Shown in pieces: positions 23,710-36,519 of a stretch of DNA of 64,000 nt. The position numbers and the translations under genes are program-made. The notes beneath the pieces were generated by a model, which was given only the letters and a program-made list of their open reading frames with translations, was not told where the DNA came from and ran no database searches. How positions within the stretch are numbered: the stretch's first letter is position 1; every line of letters starts with the position of its first letter. The stretch comes from the human T2T-CHM13v2.0 reference genome, Homo sapiens. The stretch lies in NCBI RefSeq assembly GCF_009914755.1, contig NC_060935.1; one strand, given 5' to 3'.

Positions 23710-24854
23710 ATCGTCCCTTTCCTGTGCTCCAGCAGCTTGGCTTCCCCAGGTCCTTGCTGCCTGCCTGCCACCTACCCCTTCAGCAGATGAGCTCCTGCCT
23801 CTCCCTACCAGGCGTCCTCACCTGGAACTGCCTTCAGAGCACCCCAGCCTCCCTGGACTGCTCCATGTCACTGTCCTCTTACGTGAAGCATCTCCTGGCA
23901 CCCCAGACAGCCCCTCAGTCCTTAAGTCCCTTTGTGTCCCACCTGTGTGTCTTAATTTTTTTGTTTATTTACATATCAGTCACCCACCCACTTTAGACTG
24001 AGTTCCTTGAAGGCGAGAATCTTGGATCCTTCATCTCATATTCTGGCCCCTAGTGGGAAAAAAAAAAAAACTGCCTCTATGAAATGAAGGAAAGGGCTGA
24101 AGTTGTCTGGGTGGGAAAGCATCACTGAGGACACAGCACTTGAGGAGGGAAGAGATTTGAATTGGCAGAAGCAGGAAAGGGACAGCATTCAAAGGGAGCA
24201 AATAACACAGGCAAGCGTGGGGGTGGAAATGGGGGCAGGGGGCCAGGTGGGGTCCATGGAGCAACGAGACCACGGACCGGAAGAGAGGAACGGGGAGTAC
24301 TGGGAGAACCTAACCCGCTTCCTGACCCTCCCCCTCCTTCCACCCTTTGCCATCTCTTCCCTCTGCTGCTGCTCCTGCCTGCCCACCCCACCTCACCCCA
24401 CCCCGAAGTCCTCCCGAAGGTGGTGTCCTGATCCCTGCCTAGGATTCATTGAAAGCCCAGCCTGGATCCAGCTGGTCAGTGTCAGGACTGATGCTGGGAG
24501 ATTCTCGAGGGAGCCTGAGCTCTAATCCAGCTCTCATCACAGAGCAAGCCTGGCACTGATGGGCTGTCCTTATCTAGACAGCAATGGAATGGCCCTGGCT
24601 GGGAGCCCTGCTGGGACACTCCCTGTCTACTTTGTCCATCCAAGTTCTGGAGGAGCCAGAAGTCTGTTCTCCTCTGGGTGACCCACGCTCCTACCAAGAC
24701 CTCCAGTTTTAGTCTGGCAGAGTCTTTGATGCCCCTCCACCTTGCCAACAGTGGACAGCTCACTCCATCTAAGGCCCCTTCACCCCAGACAGGCCAACCA
24801 GTTTTGTCACTGCCCTGGAAGAAGAAAAGTCTAGAGACCTCAAAAGAATTCTTG

Positions 24855-25141
<287 letters not shown>

Positions 25142-25499
25142 GATTTCTTGCAAACTACCCCCACTCCCTTCCCATTTCTTTCTTGGAAAATATTTGATGG
25201 TGTTTTGCCACATTTCTCAGACTACCCTCTCCCAACCCAGCCACTCAGCGAGAGACTCACTGGAATGAGAGGGGGAAGATGGATATTTATTCAGCTCCGA
25301 CTTATGCTTCACTCTTGGTTAGCATTATCTCATTTAATCCATCAGTAGGAGGCTCTGAATTCCCTCAGGGGACTCCTTTGAACTCTGGATACTTTCACAA
25401 AGAAGTCCTGGGATTTCAGAGGTTTGGAGAAAGCTTCCATGTGCCCTGGCATTCCCTCCTCATTCTTATCCCTGCTGCTTTCCGGAGCACTGATCCTCA

Positions 25500-25630
25500 G
25501 CTCTCACTGGGGAGGGGTTTTGGTAATAAGTTGCCCAGGCCCTGTCCCTATAGACAGGGATTGGGTAAGTCTGGGGTTGGCCAGGGAACCCCAGGCGGTT
25601 CTTATACATACCAGAGTTTGGGAACCTCTG
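25500..25630. mobile_element. MER5-type DNA transposon fragment within a MIR
   Basis: GGTAAGTCTGGGGTTGGCCAGGGAA...CAGGCGGTTCTTAT...CCAGAGTTTGGGAACCTCTG. MIR pieces flank it. Confidence 0.55.
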
Positions 25631-28600
25631 TTATGGCAGGTCCGAGAAAGCCGCCATAGTGGCCTCTTCATCCCACCTTTCATTGAACAAATGGGGTCAG
25701 AGAGAAGTGACTTGCCATAGGCCACATGGTACAGAAGGTTGGCCTAGAGGCTAGTCCTTCTGGCTTCCTGAGCTCCTGCACTGCCTCAGCTTGTCCCTCG
25801 CTGGCCCTCAGAGGAGAGGTAAAAGAGCCCAGCTAGTGCCTGGACCCTTCAACCCCTCTGCAGCCTGCCTCCTTCTCTCTCCCCATCCATGCTCTCCCCA
25901 CCTGGCCTCAGCATCAGGCTGCTGCAGAGCCAAGCAGAAAGCAGGTTCCCATTTCTACAGCAGCCTTTATCGCACTGCATTGTAATTGCTTGTTTACCTG
26001 CTGGCTCACCGCAGACTGCAACGCCAGGAAAGGAGCTCTGTCCCACTCTCTGTGTCCCCAGAGCCCAGCACTGGGCCTGGCTGAGCAGAAGGAGCTCAAA
26101 TAATACATTATTTGTTGATGTACAGTGCTCTGTTGAGGGACTAGGTTAGTGGCTTCATTACTTACTCTTTTGAGGATATTTGCTGTTTTTAAGGGTGACG
26201 CCTAACTCAAGAGGTATAGCATGCGACTGATGGAACTGTAGGCTTTGTGGTCAGAGGAGTCTTTCTGACACCTCTGAAATCCCCAGTGTTTAGGGTTCCA
26301 CATGCTCCAAGAGAGGTTGAGTCTGGTCCCGCCCTCTGGGCCACACCATTCAGAGGTGCCCTGAGACCTTTTGACTTCCCAAAGAGGGATCACCAGGCCT
26401 CTCCATTTCTTTCGCTGATGGTTCCAAGTGGCTCTCCTTGACTGAGGAGTCGGCTCACCTTGGCTCAGCTCCTCATCCCTCCCCCTGTCAGCTGAAAACA
26501 AAGCCCCGGACTCCATTTGTGATTCTGCAGCTTGTGAATTTCTAGATTACGAACAAAGCCAGGGAATCTGACAGTCTCATTTAGCAGCCTCTCTCAGGCT
26601 CTGGCCAGGCTAGTGGCCACTCTGGCTGGGGTCTCAGAGAACCAAGTTCACTTCCTGGGGTTTTGAACAGATGAGTGCATCTCGCCGGCTCCTTCCTTCT
26701 GCAGATAATCCTGCAGGCCATCGAGCTTCCCATCACAAGAGAGGGGCTTTGTTCAGGATACAGTGGCGGGCAGGTGGCTGGCATTGGAAGCCTTTTGAGT
26801 GATCTTCTGTCACTCAGCCAAGCCACCCCCTCACAGCAGCTGGACTCATAAACAAGAGGGGAGCAGGCAGACAGGAGAGGGATATCAGCTGTGATCCCAG
26901 GCTATACAAGTGGAAAAGGCTGTGTAGCTGTTTCTGAGTGACTGATTCACTAGGAAAGGTACAGGTAAGAAAGGAAATGAGAAGAGCCACTTCCTGGGCT
27001 GTGTTCTGCCTTGGGACTCACACACAATCCAGCAGGGCCCAAAGCCCCCATGGCGCCTGCTAATTGAATATCCCTCCTTCCTGGCTCCTTCTGTGTCCCT
27101 GGGGGGTGGGAGTTACTGCCCACCCTACTTCCTCCTCTGCTTCTCAGGGAACCCCCAGAGTCTTTCTGCCCTGCCTGAGTCCCCACAGAGAGCATTTGGG
27201 ATTCCAGGACCTGAGACCCTCACACTCGTGGATCTCATGGACAGACCAGCCAGCATTCCAAGAGCCGCAGTTGCATAGAGCTTCCCCACATCATGGCTTC
27301 CAGTCTCCCTCACCCTGAGGCAGATTACTCTCCTCTTGGATACCTGAGGCACCTGAGGCTCAGAACAGTTAAGAGGCTTTCCCAGCATCCATGCAAGCAG
27401 CAATGCCAGGAATCAGATCAGGTCTGTTTGAGTGTTCACCCGTTATTCACCTCCGCATAACCAGAGACCCAAACACCGGCCAGCCCTGGGAGAAAACTGG
27501 GAAGCCAGCTCCCTCCTCTTCCTCCTCTAGGCTCCTGATGCCCCCAGGAAGGTGGTAAGGAGGGCAGGAGTCACCTCAAATCTTTTCTAGAACAAGATGG
27601 ATCATGAAGAAAGACACAAGCAAACACTAAGTGTCTAAATAAAAAAAAAAAATTGGGGACATTTTTCATTAGCCTAAGAAAGGTGTTGAAGTTCATCTCT
27701 GAGGGTCCGATAGTTGTGGTTAGAAGCCTGACTTTTTCTACCCTCTCAATTTTTTACTACCAAAAATGCAGGCATACGGGAAAGCTCAAAGAATAATACA
27801 TTAATAGCCCATATACTCACAATCCACAATTAACATTTTTGTCAAATTTGCTTTATCTCTGTGTTTTTCTAGACCACTTGGGTATAAGGTGCAGACATCA
27901 AGGCAGTACATACCTAAGTATTTCAACCTGTTTCTTTTAAAAATAAGGACAGTCTTTTCCATAACCAAAACACCATTATCATACCTAAGAAAAATTAACA
28001 ATAATTTCCTAACATCATCTAATAGCTAGTCTCCAAACTTCTGTAATTGTCTCGGAAATATCTTTTATAGCTATTTTGTAATGCCAGACTTCAATCAAAG
28101 GGCATGCATTTCATTTGGTTGTTATGTCTGTTTAGCCTCTTCTACCTAAAACAGTCTCCCCACCCCTTTCTTTGGTCATAATATTGACTTTTTTTTTTTT
28201 TTTTTAAAGAAATCAAGCTGGTAGTCTTGTAGAATGTCCTACTTTCTGTGCTTGTCTGATCACTTCCTTGTGGTGCTATTTAATTTGTCACTTTACTCCC
28301 TGTAATTCCTGTAGACTGGACATTAGATCTTGAGCTTGATTCAATTAGCATTAAAGATTTTTGGTAAGAATGCTCTGTAGCAGGCTGCCTCTACAACAGT
28401 CCCAGCGATCCCACCTCAAAGGTATTCACATTCTTACTCTACAGGAATGTGGGCTGGATTCTGAAACTGGCTTCTAATGAATAGAATATGGCAGAAGTAA
28501 TGGGATGTCAGTTCTGAGATTAGGTTACTAAAACACTGTGGCTTTTGTCTCACATGTTCTCTTTCATACTCTCTTGGATCTCTAGACCTGGGAGAAGCAG

Positions 28601-28996
28601 CAGCCCCGGGAGAGGCTTAACTAGCAGAGCACTGAGGCCCACCGACAGCCATGTGCATGAGCTTGGAAGCACATCTCCCCAACCCACCCCAGTCAAGCCT
28701 GCAGATGAGACCTCAGCTGCAGCTGACAACTCGGCTACAACTTTGTGAGAGACCTGGAGCCAAAAGCACCTAGCTAAGCTGTGCCTGTATTTCTGACCCA
28801 CAGAAACTCTGAGGTAATAAATATTTGTTGTTTTAAGCCACTAAGTTTTGGGGCATTTTGCTATGCATAGCTATGAAATGAATTGTGCTCCTACCCTAAA
28901 TTCATATATTGAAGCCCTAATCCCCAAGTGACTGTATTTGGAGATAGGGTCTTTAGGAGGTAAACAAGGCTAAATGAGGTCATAAGGGTGAGGCCC

Positions 28997-29401
28997 TGCT
29001 ATGGTTTGGATGTTTGTCCCTTCCAAACCCCATGTTGAAATTTGATCTCCAGTATTGAAAGAGGGGCCTAATGGGAGGTATTTGGGTCATGGGGGCAGAT
29101 ACCTCATTAATAGAGTAATGTGCTCTCTTGGGATGAGTGAGCTCTCATGCTATTAGTTCCCATGAGATCTGGTTGTTTAAAAGAACCTGGCACCTTACCC
29201 CTCTCGCTCTTGCTTCCCCTCTTGCCATGTGATGTCTGCACACACCAACTCCCTTTCATCCTCCACCGTAAGTTAAAGCAGCCTAAGTCCCTCACCAGAT
29301 GAAGATGCCCAATTTTGAACTTTCCAGCCATTATAATTGTAAGCCATATAACCCCTTTTCCTTTATAAGCTACCCAGTCTCAGGTATTTCTTATTAGCAA
29401 C
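28997..29401 (+). mobile_element. MSTB-type LTR
   Basis: TGCTATGGTTTGGATGTTTGTCCCTTCCAAACCCCATGTTGAAATTTGAT...TACCCAGTCTCAGGTATTTCTTATTAGCAAC. Confidence 0.85.
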
Positions 29402-29422
29402 TGTGGCCTTATAAGAAAAGGA

Positions 29423-29425
<3 letters not shown>

Positions 29426-29460
<35 letters not shown>
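29426..29460. repeat. (CT)n microsatellite
   Basis: About 17 TC units. Confidence 0.95.
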
Positions 29461-29462
<2 letters not shown>

Positions 29463-32052
29463 TCTGTGAGGATACAGGGAGAAGGTGGCATTTGCAAGCC
29501 AGAAAGAGAGCCCACACCAGAAACCGAATTGGCTGGCACCTTGATCTTGGACATCCCAGACTACATAACTATATGAAAATAAATTTGTTATTTAAGCCCC
29601 CAGTCTATGGTATTTTGTTATGACAGTCTAAAAAGACTAATATATGTGTCAATAGATAAGTAGTACAACTTCACAGGTGATGCTATAAACTACATATTGC
29701 ATCACATCCAAAGGCACATAATGTCAGGCTGTCCCATTAATCATTATCACTTGGTTAAGGTGGCCCCTGCCGTATCTGGCCCTTGAAAAGGTCATTTTCC
29801 CTTTGACAATCTGCAAGTAATCTGTGAAACAATACATTGGACCCTAGAATATCTTATTCTCCAAAAACTTTTCACTTGATGCATTGAACATTTATTGATG
29901 ATCTTTGCCTTAATCAATTATTTCTTTCAATATAACAAAATGATCCTTTTTCTAATTCTACCATTATGTCCATATTTATTGACTAGTGTTTTTCACAAAG
30001 TGGAGTTTTCTGTTATCAACAGGAATTAACTACATTGCCTCCTGAAAAGGACAGGCAAATGCCTGGTTCTTTCTTTTTAATTACTAATTTCCTGAATAAG
30101 GAATTGGTTCAATAATCACCTTCAATGATGGTAAGTGAGTTTCCCTCTCTCTTCTCATCCGGTTTTTATCTATCTATATCTTATTGTCATACTCTGCTGG
30201 ATATTTGTTCAATGACTTACAATAAATTCTACTTCATATTCTTTTTAATGCTCAGATTGTTCCAGCTTTTGCCAGTGGAAGCCCCTCCAAGATGGAGAAG
30301 CTCTACTTTAAATTCCAGGCCCCTAAGGAAAGGTTTGCAAGAGGGCTCTCTCCAGCCATCCACCCCCACCACCCTTAGAAACTCCTGCTACACACCATGG
30401 ATGGGGAAGTGAAGGGAAAGGGTAATGAGACACAATGGGGGAGGAGTCACTTGAGTAGTTATACTATTTCGGGAATGAGGTATACTGGAAAAAGCAAGTG
30501 AACATCCAAACTCCTGAGGTCTGGTTCTGGTGGCCTTAACCAATTTACTCTGTGTCATTAAGGCCTATGACCTAGGCTCTCTGTGCCTCACATGCAGGTT
30601 TGCTGTGGGGCTTGGTACAGACACTACATGTGGTAGAAGGCAGAGAGTCCTACAAACATGTCAGATGGCATCCTCAGGGCCTGTGCCCCAAAGTCATGTA
30701 CCAAAAGGAAGACAAGGAGGTGGGGAAGAAGGACCCAGGTGTCCAAAATGCCTTTCCACAGCTGAGGCCTGTTAATTAGGAGAAAATTGTAAACACCTCA
30801 ACACTGCAGCATGGGAGGGAGGAAGAAATTGGTCTGAGAAAGCTCCCAAGCTCCCCTAAGGAGGCAGAGGTGGTAAACTCAGGTTTCTTTGATCCATTTC
30901 AGCCTCTGGATCTCCAGGCCTGCCCCCTATCTCTACAGCCCAGAGGAGGTGACATTAACCAGTGCATCTGAGTGGTGCAGAGGAAAACTGACTTTGATGT
31001 CCATATAAACCCAGTGCCCAGGTCATGTCTGTTCTCCACTGGCAATGGGCTGAGCAGAGCCAAGTTCTCAGTTAACTTCCCAGCCCTCCCTCCTGCCTAA
31101 CTCCATTCCCACCCCCGACTTGAACTTCCTAAAGGCAGTGAGTGAGATTAAAGGCTTGATCAATGAAAACTATTATTATTGTTTACTCCTGAGCCTTCTG
31201 ATGTTATTGCATTGCAAGAAAGCTGTCTGGGCCTCCACCAGGAATAATAACACAACCTTTCTTCCAGTTTGGGAGGCATTGGAGGCTCCTTACACATGAT
31301 CACTCCTATTCTTTCCTCTACTCAGGCCCAGCTTACCCCACCCCCAGCAACCTCCCCTTCCCATCCCTTTCATTCTCCCCATTGAGACTGGATGTTAAGG
31401 TTCTCTAAAAGCCCATGGGTTGAGCATTTCACATCTCTCTTATAAAGACAGTGAAGCTGCATCTCAGTGAGGTATTTTCTCACTCCACCACCCCAGGCCT
31501 ACGGTAGAGCAAAGAATGGATCATGTGTAACAGCCTAAGAGAAACTCAGGTGTGCAACAGAGAAGCTGGGTATCCTTCCGCTATCAGCTTCTCTCAGCAA
31601 AGGGGCCTCCCTGTGTGTGTCCTGCCTCTACTAGGCTTGGCCTGTTTTGTTTGCCCTAAGAATGTTCACACCAATTGTTTAGCAACAGCAGGCAGAAATC
31701 ACTGTAGGGAAAACAGCTGTCACCAGACCCTCTCAGCATTACCAGGTGCCTGGGAGTGTTTCCCTGCACACACTCTCCATTGGGGCACGTGCAGCACACA
31801 TATGCACATGTCTCTCCACCCTCTCAGAAGACCCTCTCATGTCGACTTCTCCCTCACAATCCCCACTCACACAGCCCTCTCCTAACTGCCAGCCCTCAGC
31901 TGACTTGAGGAAGTCAGGTTAACTTCTCAGACTGGCCTCTACTTGCCAGGGACTATGCTGGGGCATTGCAAGCCACTGATGCTCAGCCGTGCAGCCTCAC
32001 AGCTGAGGGCAAGCACTCCTGCCCTCTATTCAGTTCAACAGACATTACCCAG

Positions 32053-32446
32053 TGTTATAGACTGAACTGTGCCTGCTCCCTGCCCGGCCCCAAATTCATA
32101 TGTTGAAGCCCTAACCCCCAGTGTGACTATATTTGGAAACAGGGACTTTAGAGAGGTCATGAAGGTAAAATGAGATCACAAGGTGTGGCTCTAGTCCAAT
32201 AGGACTGGTGTTCTTATGAGAAGAGGTAGAAACACCAGGAGTAAGTGTACACAGAAGAAAGGCCATGTGAAGACACAGCAGAAGGTGCCCATCTCCAAGC
32301 CCAAGAGAGAGGCTTCAGGAGAAACCAACATTGCTAACACCTTGATCTTGGACTTCCAGCCTCCAAAACTATGAGAAAATAAATTTATGTTTTTAAGCCA
32401 CTCATTCTGTGCTATTTTGTTGTGGCAGCCCCAGCCAACTAATACA
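32053..32446 (+). mobile_element. MLT1B/MLT1A0-type solo LTR
   Basis: TGTTATAGACTGAA...CCAAATTCATATGTTGAAGCCCTAACCCCCAGTGTGAC...CCAACTAATACA. TSD CCCAG/CCTAG. Confidence 0.88.
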
Positions 32447-32549
32447 CCTAGACTTACCTACCTTTACCCAGACCCTTAAGAGATGAGAGATATGAAGATG
32501 AATATGGCATGACTTCTGTCCTCAGCGGTTTAAAATATAATAAGAGCAT

Positions 32550-33910
32550 AATGATCAATGGAATAGAATTGAGAATCCAGAAATAAACCCTCACATTTAA
32601 GATCAATAACAAGTGTTCTAAGATAATTCAATGGCAAAAGAATAGTCTTTTCAACAAATGGTACTGGAACAACTGGATATCCACATGCAAAAGAATGAAG
32701 TCAGATCACTACCTCACACCATATACAGAAATTAACTTAAAATGGATTAAATATATAAATATAAGAGCTAAAACTATAATACCCAGAAGAAAACATTAGC
32801 ATAAATCTTTGTGACCTTGGGTTAGACAATGGTTCCTTGAACAAGCAACAAATGAAAAAAGCAGATACATTAGACATCAACAATTTAAAACTTTTGTACT
32901 TCAAATGACACCAACAAGAAAGTACAAAAACAACCCACAGAATACAAGAAACTCTTTGCAAATTATATGTCTGACAAGGGACTTGTATCTAGAGTATATA
33001 AAGAGCCATTACGACTCAATAATAAAAAGACAAATGACCCAATTTTAAAATGGGCGAAGGCTCTGAATATACAGTTCTCCAAAGAAGATATACATATATG
33101 GCTAATAAGCACATGAAAAGATGCTCAATATCATTAGTCATCAGAAAAATGCAAATGAAAACCACAACCAGATACAATTCACACCCACTGAGATGACTAT
33201 AACCAAAAAGAAAGATAACAACAAGTGTTTGCAAGGATATGGAGAAATTGTAGCCCTTGTACATTGCTGGTGGGAATGTAAAGTGGTGCAGCCACTTGGA
33301 AAAGCTATCTGGTAGTTCATCAAATGGTTAGACACAGTTACAATACAATCTGGAAATTCCACTCCTAAGTATTTATGCAAGAGAGTTGAAAGCATATGTC
33401 CAAAAATGCTTATTCAGAAGTGTTCACAGCAGCCTTATTCATAAGAGCCAAAATGTGTAAACAACTGATGAATGTTCATCAACTGATGAATGGACAAATA
33501 AAATGTGATATATCCATATAATGGAATATTATTCAGTAATGAAAAGAAATGAAGTACTGATACATGCTACGACATGGATAAACCTTGAAAACATTATGCT
33601 AAGTGAAAGAAACCAGTCACAATGGATCACATAATGTATGATTCCTTTTAAATGGAATGTCCAGAATAGGCAAATCCATAGAGACAAAAAGTAGATTAGT
33701 GGTTGCCTGAGGCTGGAGTAGGGGGTGAGGAGGTATGTGGGGTAATGGCTAAAGGTGTGGAGTTTATTTTGGGGATGAAGAAAATGTCTAAAACTGATTG
33801 TAGTGATCTTTGCATGACTCTATGAATGCACTAAAATTCTTTAAATTATACATTTTAAGGGTGTGAATTGTTTGGCATATGAAGTATGCCTCAATTAAGC
33901 TGTTAAAAAT
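32550..33910 (+). mobile_element. L1MB-type 3' fragment (ORF2 end plus 3'UTR)
   Basis: GATCAATGGAATAGAATTGAGAATCCAGAAATAAACCC...AAGCACATGAAAAGATGCTCAA...GGCAAATCCATAGAGACAAAAAGTAGATTAGTGGTTGCC...CTCAATTAAGCTGTT. Confidence 0.9.
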
Positions 33911-34051
33911 ATAATGGGGAGACTTTTGCTTTTGGGAAGATAGAGTAGATATACTTCTCCCTATTCCTCTCGCTAAGTACCACTGAAAACCCTGTGCATT
34001 ATATATAAAACCAGCATTAAAAGACCTGTAAGATGGAAAGAAGAAGACAGC

Positions 34052-36519
34052 TGTATTAGCTTGTTCTTGCATTGTCATGAAGAAATACTCAAGGCTGGGT
34101 AATTTATGAAGAAAGTGATTTATTTTGACTCGCAATTCTGCAGGCTGTACAGGAAGCATGGTGCCAGCAACTGCTTCTCGTAAGGCCCTCAGGAAGCTTC
34201 CAATCATAACAGAAGGCAAAGGGGGAGGAGGCACATGATGCTGTGAGAGCAGGAGCAAGAAAGCAAAAGAGGGGAGGTCCCAGACTTTTAAACAACCAGA
34301 TCTCTTGTGAACTGAGTAAGAGCTCACTTTTCACCAAGGAGATGGTGCTAAATTATTCATGAGGAATCCACCCTCATGATCCAGTCACCTCCCACCAGAC
34401 CTCACCTCCAACACAAGGACGCACATTGCAACATGAGATTTGGAGGGGACAGACATCCCAATCGTATCATTTCATCCACCTACCTCCCAAATCTCATGTC
34501 CTTCTCGCCATTTCAAAATACAATCATGCCTTTTCAATAGTTCCCCCAACGTATTAACTCATTCCAGCATTAACTCCAAAGTCCCAAGTCGTTAGTCTCA
34601 ACTGGAGATGAATGCCTTCCATCCAATAGCCTGTGAGATTAAAAAACAAAATTATTTAATTCCAGGATACAATGGTGTACAATCTAATTCCAAAAGAGAA
34701 AAATTAGCCAAAAGAAAGGGGCAACAGGCCCCCTATACGTCTGAAACCCAACAGGGCAGTCACTAATCTTAAAGCTCCAAAATCAACTCCTTTGACTCCA
34801 TGTCCCACCTCCAGGGCATAGTGGTGTAAGGGAGTGTCTCCCAAGACTTTGGGCAGCTCCACCCCTGTGACTTTGCAGGGTGTAGCCTCATGGCTGATCT
34901 CATGGTTTGAAGTTGAGTGCCTGCAGCTTTTCTAGGCTCAGGAGGCAAGCTCTCAGTGGATCTACCATTCTCAGGTCTGGAGGGCAGCGGCCTCCTTCCC
35001 ACACCTCCACTAGCCAGTGCCCTACTGGGGACTCTGTGCGGAGGCTCCAACCCCACATTTCCCCTTGGCATTGCCCATGTAGAGTATCCTCTAGGGGCTC
35101 TGCCTTTACAGCAAGTTTCTGCCTAGACACCCAGACTGTCCAATACAACTCTGAAATCTAGTGGGGATCTGCCAAGCCTCCTTCATACTTGCATTCTGTG
35201 CAACTGCAGATTTAACACCATGTGGAAGCTGCCGAGGCTTATGACTTGTGCCCTCTGGAGCAGTGACCTGAGCTGTACCTGGGGTCCTTTGAGCCACAGC
35301 TGTAGCTACAGTGGCTGGGATTCAGGGAGTGGTGTGTTGAGGCTGCACAGGACAGCAGGGCCCTGGGCCTGGCCCACAAAACCATCCTTTCCTCCTAGCC
35401 TCTGGTGATGGGAGGGGCTGCCTCAAAGATTTCTGAAATGCTCTCAAGGCCTTTTTCCCATTGTCTTGGATATTAACACTTGGCTCTCTTTTAGTCACAC
35501 AACTCTCTCTAGCAAGTGTTGCTCTGCAACCCACCTGTATTTCTCTCCTGAAAGCACTCTTTCTTTCTCTGCCACTTGGCCGGCCTGCAAATTTTCCAAA
35601 GTTTTATGCTTTGCTTCCCTTTTAAGTATAAGTTCCAACTCTGAGTCATTTCTTTGTTCCCACATCTGGTCATAGGCTGTAAGAAACAGCTGGGACACTT
35701 CTTGAATGCTTTGCTGATTGTGAATTTCCTCTGCCAGGTACCCTATCTCATCATTCTTAGATTCAAACTTCCACAGATCCCTAGGGCCTGGACACAGTGC
35801 AGCCAAGCTCTTTGCTAAGGTGTAACATGGGTGAACTTTGCTCCATTTCCCAATAAGTTCCTCATTTGCATCTGAGACCTCATCAGCCTAAGCTTCACTG
35901 TCCATATTTCCATCAGCATTTTGATCACAACATTTAACAAGTCTCTAAGAAGTTCCAAACTTTTCTTCATCTCCCTGTCTTCTTCTGAGCCCTCCAACCT
36001 CTGCCAACCTCTGCTCATTTCCCAGTTCCAAAGTGACTTCCACATTTTCTAGTATCTTTATAACAGCACCCTACTCCTCAGTACCAATTTTTTAATTAAC
36101 TCATTCTTGCATTGCTATAAAGAAATACCCGAGACTGGGTAATTTATAAGGAAAAGTGGTTTACTTTGGCTCACAGTTCTGCAGGCTGCACAGAAAGTGT
36201 GGGTCCAACATTTGCTTCTGGTGAGGGCCTCTGGAAGCTTCCAATCATGGCAGAAAGTGAAGGGGGAGCAGGCACATCACATGATGAGAATGGGAGCAAG
36301 AGACTGGGGTCGGGGAGGTCCCAGGCTTTTAAACAACCTGATCTCGTGTGAAATAATTGAGTGAGAGCTCTCTTATCACCATGGGGATGGTGTTAAACCA
36401 TGCATGAGGGATCTGTATTCATGACCCAATCACCTCCCACCAGGCCCTGCCTCCAACACTGGGAATCACATTTCAACATGAGATTTGGAGGGGACAAACA
36501 CTCAAACCATATCATATCA
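34052..36519 (-). mobile_element. Complete MST (MaLR) provirus: LTR 34052-34469, internal 34470-36090, LTR 36091-36519
   Basis: Two similar LTRs, each ending CATGAGATTTGGAGGGGACA..., surround MST-int sequence. Perfect 5-bp TSD ACAGC (34047-34051, 36520-36524). Confidence 0.92.

Larger units (their letters stand above)
28869..29644 (+). mobile_element. MLT1A-type LTR (28869-28996 plus 29402-29644), containing (CT)n
   Basis: AAATTCATATATTGAAGCCCTAATCCCC...GAGGTCATAAGGGTGAGGCCC, then CCTTATAAGAAAAGG...GGCACCTTGATCTTGGAC...GACTAATATA. Confidence 0.82.
28376..29667 (+). mobile_element. MLT1F-type LTR (28376-28868 plus 29650-29667)
   Basis: TGTAGCAGGCTGCCTCTA...CTAATGAATAGAATATGGCAGAAGTAATGGGATGTCA...TTTTAAGCCACTAAGTTTTGGGG. 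The terminal CAATAGATAAGTAGTACA appears only after the inserted elements. Confidence 0.8.
27765..30295 (-). mobile_element. L1MC-type 3'UTR fragment, interrupted at 28376-29667 by nested MaLR LTRs
   Basis: CCATAACCAAAACACCATTATCATACCTAAGAAAAATTAACAATAATT...TTTTGGTAAGAAT, resuming after the nest at ACTTCACAGGTGATGCT...GCATCACATC. Confidence 0.75.
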
